From contig CADBKG010000002.1 of the NCBI GenBank assembly GCA_902795215.1, positions 2,318-66,317 of the forward strand: a stretch of DNA of 64,000 nucleotides. The letters run 5' to 3'. Below are positions 30,170-38,102 of this stretch, in pieces. How positions within the stretch are numbered: position 1 is the first letter of the stretch; every line of letters begins with the position of its first letter. The translations under genes were made by a program, and so were the position numbers. Below the pieces are notes generated by a model. The model did not search any database and was not told the DNA's origin. It saw nothing but the letters and a program-made list of their open reading frames with translations. The stretch is from an uncultured Erysipelotrichaceae bacterium (GTDB taxonomy: Bacteria > Bacillota_I > Bacilli_A > RF39 > UBA660).

Positions 30170-30949
30170 ATGATGGATATCAAAAAAGGTGATTTTGTTA
30201 CAAGAAAAAGTTATAACAATGATACTGTATTTAAAGTATTAAACATTAAAAATGATATTTATTATTTAAAAGGCGCAGATGTAAGATTATATGCCGATAG
30301 TCCTAAATCAGATTTAATCAAAGTAATCAAAGAGGAAGATAAAGAAGATTATTCTAATAGAGTTAAAGATAAAATGATACTAGATAGAAGCGAATATTTT
30401 TATTTGCCTGGAAAAATTCTTCACTTTGATGGTGATAAAGATTATTTAGAAAGATGCTTAAAGTTTTATAAAGAAACAGGAATAAAAGCAGTTGGTAAAA
30501 TGGTTAAAGAAAGCGAATTACCAAATGTGATAAATAAGTATTTAACAGAAATAAAACCAGATATTGTAATTATTACAGGGCATGATGCTTATTATAAGAA
30601 AAAAGGAAATATAAATGATCCAAACAATTACCAAAATTCACTCAGTTTTATAAAAAGTGTTACAAATGCAAGAAAATATGAAAAAAGTCACGATAAACTT
30701 GTAATAATTGCAGGGGCGTGTCAAAGCGACTATGAAGATTTAATAAAAGCAGGGGCAAATTATGCTTCTAGTCCTAAACGAGTAAATATACACGCACTTG
30801 ATCCAGCTATAATCGCGGTTACTGTGGCCTTAAGTGAAAGGAATAAACAGATAGATTTAATAAAACTTCTAGAAAGAACTAAATATGGAATAGATGGAAT
30901 GGGGGGAATAATGGGGTCTGGAGTTATGTATGTAGGATACCCTAGATAA
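30170..30949 (+). CDS. yabG: sporulation peptidase YabG (U57)
   Basis: RLYADSP, PGKILHFDGD, ITGHD, AGACQS, ASSPKRVNIHALDP. Confidence 0.93.
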   Translation: MMDIKKGDFVTRKSYNNDTVFKVLNIKNDIYYLKGADVRLYADSPKSDLIKVIKEEDKEDYSNRVKDKMILDRSEYFYLPGKILHFDGDKDYLERCLKFYKETGIKAVGKMVKESELPNVINKYLTEIKPDIVIITGHDAYYKKKGNINDPNNYQNSLSFIKSVTNARKYEKSHDKLVIIAGACQSDYEDLIKAGANYASSPKRVNIHALDPAIIAVTVALSERNKQIDLIKLLERTKYGIDGMGGIMGSGVMYVGYPR

Positions 30950-30950
30950 T

Positions 30951-31163
30951 ATGAATCCATACGTTATTAGAGAAGTATTAAGACAAAATAAGGGAAGAAA
31001 AGTGGAAGCGAAAATATTTGGTATGAGAAATAAAAAAGAAACATTGGTTGGAATATTAGAGGAGGTTTATCCACAAATATTTATAATTCGCACTGATAAT
31101 AATACAAGAAGCTTTAGTTTTTCAGAAATAATAAATGGTGAAGTGAAGCTTACATTTGTTTAA
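30951..31163 (+). CDS. veg: Veg family protein
   Basis: GILEEVYPQIFII...SFSFSEI; follows yabG. Confidence 0.85.
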   Translation: MNPYVIREVLRQNKGRKVEAKIFGMRNKKETLVGILEEVYPQIFIIRTDNNTRSFSFSEIINGEVKLTFV

Positions 31164-31229
31164 AAAGCTTGCATTTTCATGGCCGTTGTTATAAAATTAA
31201 AATAGCAATAGACAAAAGGAGAGTGTATT

Positions 31230-31526
31230 ATGGAAATAACTAAAGTTTCAGTTAGAAAAGTCGAAAGCAGTAATCCAAAAATGAAAGGAACAGCATATGT
31301 TGAACTTGACAATTGTTTTGCTATTGAAAGTATTAGAATAATTGAAAAAAGCGATGGTACTTTATTTGCAGCAATGCCTAGCAAAAAACGTAGTGACAAC
31401 GAATTTCATGACATCTGTCACCCAATCAATGAAGCAACAAGAGAAATGTTCAATAAAGCTATTATCGATGAATATAATAAAGTAAAAGAACTTGAAGAAG
31501 AATCTAAAGAAGAAACTGAAGAATAG
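31230..31526 (+). CDS. spoVG: septation regulator SpoVG
   Basis: MEITKVSVRKV, FAAMPSKK, FHDICHPIN. Confidence 0.95.
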   Translation: MEITKVSVRKVESSNPKMKGTAYVELDNCFAIESIRIIEKSDGTLFAAMPSKKRSDNEFHDICHPINEATREMFNKAIIDEYNKVKELEEESKEETEE

Positions 31527-31548
31527 ACTTAAATTAAGTCTTTTTTTT
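31525..31548 (+). terminator. intrinsic terminator after spoVG
   Basis: AGACTT-aaatt-AAGTCT plus T-tract. Confidence 0.65.
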
Positions 31549-31579
31549 GTTTTATTTCATATAATTAATTGGTGATATT

Positions 31580-31867
31580 ATGGATAAAATAATAGAAAGT
31601 ACTACATTTAGTCATTTAGTAAACATAAATGAAAGAAAAAGCATAACAATTACTGGTATTAAAAATATAGAAAGTTTTGATAGTGAAGAATTTATCCTTA
31701 ACTCTAACTTAGGAACTATTCTTCTTAAAGGTCAAAATTTAGAAATAATAAAGCTAGATACTATAGAAGGAAAAGTTAGCATAAAAGGAGATATAAATAG
31801 CCTTGCTTATGTTGATAACTTAAAAGAAAATAAAGAAGCAAGTCTATTTAGTAAATTATTTAAATGA
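31580..31867 (+). CDS. yabP: sporulation protein YabP
   Basis: ITGIKNIESFD, LKGQNLEI, C-terminal SLFSKLFK. Confidence 0.9.
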   Translation: MDKIIESTTFSHLVNINERKSITITGIKNIESFDSEEFILNSNLGTILLKGQNLEIIKLDTIEGKVSIKGDINSLAYVDNLKENKEASLFSKLFK

Positions 31868-32139
31868 AAATAGAAATACAGATAATTTCATTATTATACT
31901 TTTTTATATATGGCCTACTTATTTATCCATTAAGATTATTAATTAAAAAATATTATATGATTTATATTATTAATATTTTATTAACTTTAATTTTTTTATA
32001 TGGCCTTTTTATAATAAATGATGGAATAATACATACATATTTTATCATTATGTTTATTGCTGGAATAATAATTAGTAAAATTTACGTAAACAAAATAAAA
32101 AATAAAATTATTATATTGAAAAACAAAAAATCAAAGTGA
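31864..32139 (+). CDS. yabQ: YabQ-like spore cortex membrane protein (short)
   Basis: hydrophobic, INDGIIHTY motif; between yabP and divIC. Confidence 0.65.
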   Translation: MKIEIQIISLLYFFIYGLLIYPLRLLIKKYYMIYIINILLTLIFLYGLFIINDGIIHTYFIIMFIAGIIISKIYVNKIKNKIIILKNKKSK

Positions 32140-32149
32140 TATAATTAAA

Positions 32150-32449
32150 ATGGCGATAGATATGAAAACAAGTGAAAAGGCAAAATTAAGAATTAAAATA
32201 TATTTAACTGTAATAGCTTTATTACTTGGTTTTTTTGGTTACAAAATGTATTATTATTGGCCAAAAATATATTCAAACTATCATGAAAAACAAGTTCTTG
32301 AAGCTAAATATAACGATTTATTAGCAGAAGAAGATACATTAAGTGACGATATTGTTAAATTACAAGATCCTGATTATATTGCAAGATACGCAAGGGAAAA
32401 GTACTTATATTCTAAAAATGGAGAAATAATAATAAGAATCCTTGAGTGA
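32150..32449 (+). CDS. divIC: cell division protein DivIC/FtsB (septum formation initiator)
   Basis: TM + coiled coil + LQDPDYIARYAREKY...GE motif. Confidence 0.88.
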   Translation: MAIDMKTSEKAKLRIKIYLTVIALLLGFFGYKMYYYWPKIYSNYHEKQVLEAKYNDLLAEEDTLSDDIVKLQDPDYIARYAREKYLYSKNGEIIIRILE

Positions 32450-32466
32450 TTCTTTTTTGATTTAAT

Positions 32467-32880
32467 ATGAAAAAACTTGATATAAAAACATTTTCTAAAT
32501 ACATTTTTTCTTCCGGAATATCTTTTATAATAGATTATTCTCTTTTTGCAGTATTCGCTCACTTCTTAAAACTAAGTATTGGAAATAAAGGAATAATATT
32601 CGCAACCATATTTGCAAGAATTATTTCTTCAATTATAAATTATCTTTTAAATAAAAACAAAGTATTTAACACTGGAGACAAAAGGGTTTTTGATAAAGAA
32701 ACATTTATTAAATACGCTCTTTTGGTAGTATTCCAAATGATGATGTCGGCCTTTTTAGTTTATACTTTATATAATATAACTTCTATTGATGAAAAAATAA
32801 TTAAACCACCAGTTGAAGGCCTATTATTTTTAGTTAATTATTTTGTTCAAAAAAAATTCATATTTAAAAAGAAGAATTAA
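32467..32880 (+). CDS. GtrA family membrane protein (second copy)
   Basis: KYIFSSGISFIIDY, NYLLNKNKVF, NYFVQKKFIF. Confidence 0.8.
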   Translation: MKKLDIKTFSKYIFSSGISFIIDYSLFAVFAHFLKLSIGNKGIIFATIFARIISSIINYLLNKNKVFNTGDKRVFDKETFIKYALLVVFQMMMSAFLVYTLYNITSIDEKIIKPPVEGLLFLVNYFVQKKFIFKKKN

Positions 32881-34562
32881 TTTTCTTCTTTTGTTTTATT
32901 ATAATAAATAAAATCATCATTAATGTTTTCTAAACCAGTAAAACAACTATATACAAAATTACATTTATAATATGATTCCTTTATAAATTTTTCCGAATCC
33001 AAATATGATTTAATACTTGTTTTGGTATATAACTCTTCATCCTTTGTTAAAACATGCTTTAAATCTTTGTCATTGCATATATTAGATGTCATAATAGAAA
33101 ATGTATTAATTTTATTCCAATTTTTAATATAGTCATCTATTATTTTAATAACTACTGGTTTTATTGATTCGTCTTTTAATATTTTTATTGCACTTTCAAA
33201 ACCTAGTATAGATAATTCAAGATATGAATAATTTGATTTTAAGTATTTATCTATTATTTCGTCTTTTTTTAATGAAGATATTCCTTTATATTGCCAATGG
33301 ACTGGACTTTTTCCGGCTTGAACTCCCTTTAAGTTATGATTTATACATAAAAATCCTTCAAATACAACATCCAGTGTTTCTTTTAATTTATCTAAAAAGG
33401 TATCTTTATATTTTTGAGCTATTGAATAAAGATTAATTGCAATTGAACCTTGTTTAAATTTCTTAATGTGAGATTTAAAATTAGAATAAGTTTCTTCACT
33501 TAATAATATAAATGATGAATCACCTTCTACTAACTCCTTTAAAATATAATCATAATTCTTAGTTATTTTATATATTATTTTTGGATATATCGTTTGAATA
33601 TTTTTGTTGTTTTCGTCAACTATTCCTTGGTTTTTTTGCTTTATAAATTCGAATATTATATGCTCTTCTATAGGATCCATAACCTCATCAGTATCAACTA
33701 AAAAATTAATTCTAGGAATAGAGGCATTACTAAGAGTAATAGTATTTAATTCATAATAAATTGTTTGTAACCCAGATCTTACTTCGTCAAAAGTTCTGTT
33801 TTTTGCAAGAGATATTATTTCTTCTTTAGTAATTGAATCTCCCATGATAGATAAATATAAATTTATTCTTTTGTTTAAAGATAAATAATAATATTCAAAT
33901 AAATCACTAAAATCAATATATAATTCTCCTGTCTGTAAACTTAGAAGAGAAGCTATTACTTCTACTATGACATTACATGCTGATTGGAAATTTTTTGGTT
34001 TTTCTATTTTGATGCCATTTAAAACAATGCCGTTTTCTATCATTTTTTTAATACTTACATATGAACTTTCAATTATTGGTTCAGTAAAATATTCAACGTT
34101 ACAAAATTTAATTAAATTTTCTTTTTCATATTCTGTAATATTTTTTGGAAGTAATATTCTATAAGCTAGATCCTTGCTGACCTCTCCAGCCATAGTTTCT
34201 CTTTGTTTATTTGCAACTAAATATTCATCGCTAGAAGTGCTTTTATTTTTAAGTAACGCAAGAAGTGAAGAGTCAGTAGTGTTTGTTTTCCTTATTAAAG
34301 ATCTCGTATATCTATAAATTATATATTTTTTTGCAAGATTAAATTTCTTTTTGTCCATTAATTTTTCTTCAATTATATCTTGTATATCTTCAACTAACAT
34401 CCTTTTTTTATCCAGTTTTTCTATATAATCAATAATACTGTCTATATCTTTTTGAGATATTTTATCTTCATCTCTTACTTCATTATTTGCTTTATTAATA
34501 GCTATTACAATTTTTTCTCTATTATAATCAACTATTCTTCCATCTCGTTTAATTATTTTCAA
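32877..34562 (-). CDS. ATP-cone-containing, catalytically degenerate NrdD (class III RNR) paralogue
   Basis: ATP cone MKIIKRDG, MAGEVSKDL, EKPKNFQSAC, YPKIIY, FKQGSIAINL and SPVHWQY align with NrdD; both active-site Cys motifs and the Zn/glycyl-radical C-terminus are absent. Confidence 0.8.
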   Translation of the reverse strand: MKIIKRDGRIVDYNREKIVIAINKANNEVRDEDKISQKDIDSIIDYIEKLDKKRMLVEDIQDIIEEKLMDKKKFNLAKKYIIYRYTRSLIRKTNTTDSSLLALLKNKSTSSDEYLVANKQRETMAGEVSKDLAYRILLPKNITEYEKENLIKFCNVEYFTEPIIESSYVSIKKMIENGIVLNGIKIEKPKNFQSACNVIVEVIASLLSLQTGELYIDFSDLFEYYYLSLNKRINLYLSIMGDSITKEEIISLAKNRTFDEVRSGLQTIYYELNTITLSNASIPRINFLVDTDEVMDPIEEHIIFEFIKQKNQGIVDENNKNIQTIYPKIIYKITKNYDYILKELVEGDSSFILLSEETYSNFKSHIKKFKQGSIAINLYSIAQKYKDTFLDKLKETLDVVFEGFLCINHNLKGVQAGKSPVHWQYKGISSLKKDEIIDKYLKSNYSYLELSILGFESAIKILKDESIKPVVIKIIDDYIKNWNKINTFSIMTSNICNDKDLKHVLTKDEELYTKTSIKSYLDSEKFIKESYYKCNFVYSCFTGLENINDDFIYYNKTKEEN

Positions 34563-34600
34563 TTAATATCACCAAAGTAAATATATCATAATTAGTCCAT

Positions 34601-34628
34601 TTTTTTTGTTGCAACCGCAACAAAAAAA
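34601..34628. promoter_or_regulatory. palindromic operator in a divergent promoter (CRP/FNR-like geometry)
   Basis: TTTTTTTGTTGC-AACC-GCAACAAAAAAA; overlaps TTGCAA (-35), which is 17 bp from TATAAT (34632, +) and 18 bp from TATGAT (34590-34585, -). Confidence 0.7.
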
Positions 34629-34656
34629 TAATATAATTTTCGTAAGGGGACATTAT

Positions 34657-35292
34657 ATGGAGAATATAGGAATTTTTTACAATTTAACATCTAATGATAT
34701 TGAAGATATAATTAAAACATTAAAATGTCGAAAATTATCTTTTAAAAAGGGTATGACTATAATGTCAAACCTAAAGAGGTCTAATGAAATAGGCATTGTT
34801 TTAGATGGGGAAGTATCTTTAGTTAGAATAGATTTTTATGGGACCTTAAGTAATGTTTCTACATACTATATTGGTGATATATTTGGTGGTAAATTCTCTG
34901 ATGATTCAAACGAAGAATTATCCATAATAGCTAGTAAGCAAAGCACAATATTATTTACAGACTATAATCAATTAATAAAAGGACAATTAAATAAAACATG
35001 GGGTGAACAATTAAATGAAAATATTATGGAACAATTGGTTAGTAAAATAAATAATTATAATACACGTATAGAAGTATTAACAAAAAAGACAATTCGTGAT
35101 AAACTACTTGAATATTTTCATATTTTAGAAAAAAGAACTTCTAGCACTAGCTTTATGCTACCTATGACATTAACGGCTTTGTCTGAATATCTCGCTGTAG
35201 ATAGAAGTGCAATGCAAAGGGAGTTAAAAAATTTAAAACAAGATGGTATAATTGAGATAAATGGAAAAAGAGTTACATTAATATATAGATAA
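34657..35292 (+). CDS. Crp/Fnr family transcriptional regulator
   Basis: cNMP-binding fold (IGIVLDGEV, GDIFG) plus HTH (LSEYLAVDRSAMQRELKNL); start ATG 34657. Confidence 0.9.
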   Translation: MENIGIFYNLTSNDIEDIIKTLKCRKLSFKKGMTIMSNLKRSNEIGIVLDGEVSLVRIDFYGTLSNVSTYYIGDIFGGKFSDDSNEELSIIASKQSTILFTDYNQLIKGQLNKTWGEQLNENIMEQLVSKINNYNTRIEVLTKKTIRDKLLEYFHILEKRTSSTSFMLPMTLTALSEYLAVDRSAMQRELKNLKQDGIIEINGKRVTLIYR

Positions 35293-35309
35293 AAAGAATG
35301 GAGGATAAT

Positions 35310-36095
35310 ATGAGAAAAATTCTTGAATTTAGAAATAATAACTTTTCATATAACAATGAAAAAGGATTTAAAGATTTATGTTTAGAAATATTTGAAGGAG
35401 ATATTATAAGTTTAATAGGTCCATCAGGTTCTGGTAAAACAACAATTTTAAAAATGATTTGTCATAAACTACCTAATGAAAATTTATATTATGATGGATT
35501 AAATATTAATAAATGTGACATTAGTGAAATTAGAAGAAATGTGGTTGTAGTATTAGATACTGAACTTAGAAAAGATAATATAGTTGATGAATTAAAACAA
35601 TTTTTAAATGTATGTGGTATGACAGACTCTGAACAAAGAGCAAAATCAGAAAAGATGATACAATTATTTGATTTGCAAAAATATATAAATGTTAGAACTA
35701 AGGATTTGCCTAATGATATCAAGAACTTAGTTAAAATACTTAGATTCTTAATTATTGATCCTGCTTTTATTGCAATAGATGGCTTATTTGGGGGAATAGA
35801 TACTGTTGATAAAGAAAAGATTATAGAATATGTTAAAGAAAGTAAAATTACTTTATTAAACGTCTTATCAAATCTAAACGATACATTGTATGGTAACAAA
35901 ATATTCGTACTAGATAATTTTTCACTTGTATTAGAAGGAAGTACAAAATCAATTCTTAAAACCGATACAATGCTAAAAAAATTGGGTTATGATTTACCTG
36001 ATGAAGTTGAACTATCCATAGAACTAATGAATTATGGTGTTTTAAATAAAATATATATAGATAAAGAAAAGTTGGTGAATTCATTATGGAAATAG
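35310..36095 (+). CDS. degenerate ECF-type ABC ATPase (EcfA-like)
   Basis: Walker A GPSGSGKT intact; signature, Walker B and H-loop degenerate; EcfA-like C-terminus LKKLGYDLP; ecfA-ecfA'-truA-rplM synteny. Confidence 0.65.
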   Translation: MRKILEFRNNNFSYNNEKGFKDLCLEIFEGDIISLIGPSGSGKTTILKMICHKLPNENLYYDGLNINKCDISEIRRNVVVVLDTELRKDNIVDELKQFLNVCGMTDSEQRAKSEKMIQLFDLQKYINVRTKDLPNDIKNLVKILRFLIIDPAFIAIDGLFGGIDTVDKEKIIEYVKESKITLLNVLSNLNDTLYGNKIFVLDNFSLVLEGSTKSILKTDTMLKKLGYDLPDEVELSIELMNYGVLNKIYIDKEKLVNSLWK

Positions 36096-36730
36096 TATAT
36101 ACAAATAACGAATTAGATTCACATTATTTCAAAAAATATAAAGTAAATGGTCTTTATAGTAAAAACTCTAATTATTTAAAGTCTCTAGCAATAGATTTAA
36201 AAGAAATAAACATTAACAAAAAAATGAATGTTGGAGTATATTTGAAATATGGGAATAAACAAAAATTTAGTATTATTTCGGAGTTACTAAAAGAATTTGA
36301 TATAGAGCATTTACAAAAACAAAAACTTGGCGAACTATCAACAACAGAACTATTAAAAATACTTACTATAAAAGAGCTAGTTGGTAATAATGAAACTATT
36401 ATACTAAGATCAATAGATAATTATTTAAATACTAGAGATTTAAAAAGATATTTTCAAATACTCAAAAATCATATTGATAAATTAAGAAAAACAATAATTT
36501 TTGAAACAAACAATATCGATAATTTAAGTAAAATATGTTCCAATATATTAATAACCGATAATAATAATGTTCTTTTTAATGGAGATAATTATGATAGGTT
36601 GCCTATGAAAACAAATTTGATGAAAATAGCTGATCTTGCTAATAAAAAAAATGCAAAACTAGACTATTATAAAGATGTAAATGATCTGCTTAAAGCAATA
36701 TATAGAAGTGTAAGTGAAAAAGATTTATGA
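36086..36730 (+). CDS. highly degenerate ABC-ATPase-like protein (EcfA'-like)
   Basis: no Walker A; LSTTE in place of LSGG, IILRS in place of ILDE; position immediately before truA. Confidence 0.5.
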   Translation: MEIVYTNNELDSHYFKKYKVNGLYSKNSNYLKSLAIDLKEININKKMNVGVYLKYGNKQKFSIISELLKEFDIEHLQKQKLGELSTTELLKILTIKELVGNNETIILRSIDNYLNTRDLKRYFQILKNHIDKLRKTIIFETNNIDNLSKICSNILITDNNNVLFNGDNYDRLPMKTNLMKIADLANKKNAKLDYYKDVNDLLKAIYRSVSEKDL

Positions 36731-37452
36731 AATATTTAATTTCTATATCATATGATGGTTCTAAATATCATGGCTTGCAAAAACTAAAAGATAAAAAAAC
36801 AGTTCAAGGAGAATTAGAAGAAGTGCTAACTAGCATGAATGAATCACCAGTTTATGTAAAATGCGCAGGAAGAACAGATAGAGGTGTTCATGCAATGGAC
36901 CAAAAATGTCACTTTGAAATAACTAAAGATACAAATCCATATAAGCTAAGATATTATATTAACAATGCTACATCAAAGTACTTATATGTAAAAGATTGCA
37001 AAATTATAGAAGACGAAAATTTTCATTCCAGGTTTTCTGTAAAAAGAAAAACATACGTATATAAAATTAATACTGGTGAATATGATCCAATAAATAATGA
37101 TTACATTTACAATTATAATAAAGATATTGATATTGATAAAATGAAAAGAGTTTCAAATCTTTTTTTAGGATTACATAATTTTGAAGCCTTTACATCTGGT
37201 AAACGTAAATCATATGAAAGTATAATTGACGACATAAATATAAAAAAGTATAATAAGATTATAGAAATAGAGATAAAGGGAAAATCCTTCTATACTTATA
37301 TGGTAAGGAACATTGTTAAAGTTCTGCTTCTAAATAACGAAGGAAAAACAGAAGATAAAGAAATATGCAAAATGCTACATGATGGTAAGAGGATTTTCGA
37401 TTATGGCCCAGTGCCTGCGTGTGGACTTTATCTTAAAAAAATAGAATATTGA
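36727..37452 (+). CDS. truA: tRNA pseudouridine(38-40) synthase TruA
   Basis: YDGSKYHGLQ, AGRTDRGVHA, FYTYMVRNIV, PACGLYL. Confidence 0.96.
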   Translation: MKYLISISYDGSKYHGLQKLKDKKTVQGELEEVLTSMNESPVYVKCAGRTDRGVHAMDQKCHFEITKDTNPYKLRYYINNATSKYLYVKDCKIIEDENFHSRFSVKRKTYVYKINTGEYDPINNDYIYNYNKDIDIDKMKRVSNLFLGLHNFEAFTSGKRKSYESIIDDINIKKYNKIIEIEIKGKSFYTYMVRNIVKVLLLNNEGKTEDKEICKMLHDGKRIFDYGPVPACGLYLKKIEY

Positions 37453-37453
37453 G

Positions 37454-38017
37454 GTGGATATGACTAAAAAAAGTAAAAGAATAGTTTTAGCACTAATTTT
37501 TATTGCTATCTTAGGTTTAATTGGTCTTATAGTTTACAGTTTTCAAACTAGACCTGTATATCATTTAGAAAGTGAAGAATCAATCGAATCTTTAGAATCA
37601 AATCAAATTTTAGATAATATTGATGTATTTCCGCTAGATGGGGACATTAATCATCATTATATTGGCATTGCTGAAACTACTAAATCTGATGGAATTAATT
37701 TAGATCAAATAGAAGTGATATTACTAAATAATAATAAATTTATAATTATTGAAACATTTGGTACAAGTAAAACAGAGTACATTGGTTTATATGAAAAACA
37801 GGATACAAAATATAATTTATATGTAAAATACAAAGCTACTAACTGTACTAAAGAAGAATATAATCCAGATGTATTAGAAATATTTATTAATATGGATGAA
37901 TCTATTTATTATGAAGAAATAAATTCAAATCCAGATGAAAGCAGAGAAGTAATAAAACTAATAGATGATGAAAACCATGATATAAAAATACTCGATGATT
38001 ATTTATGTTTAAATTAA
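37454..38017 (+). CDS. hypothetical membrane-anchored protein
   Basis: single N-terminal TM helix, acidic extracytoplasmic domain; no family recognised. Confidence 0.6.
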   Translation: MDMTKKSKRIVLALIFIAILGLIGLIVYSFQTRPVYHLESEESIESLESNQILDNIDVFPLDGDINHHYIGIAETTKSDGINLDQIEVILLNNNKFIIIETFGTSKTEYIGLYEKQDTKYNLYVKYKATNCTKEEYNPDVLEIFINMDESIYYEEINSNPDESREVIKLIDDENHDIKILDDYLCLN

Positions 38018-38102
38018 CAGTGTAAATCTGTTAATTTTTTTTACTTTAATTTACAAAGAATATCACAGATGATATAATTGTGTTGAGAATATGGAGGATT
38101 AT

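Noticed and set aside
31067-31075. Canonical DnaA box TTATCCACA
   Set aside because: Single copy inside the veg coding sequence (VYPQ); most likely chance
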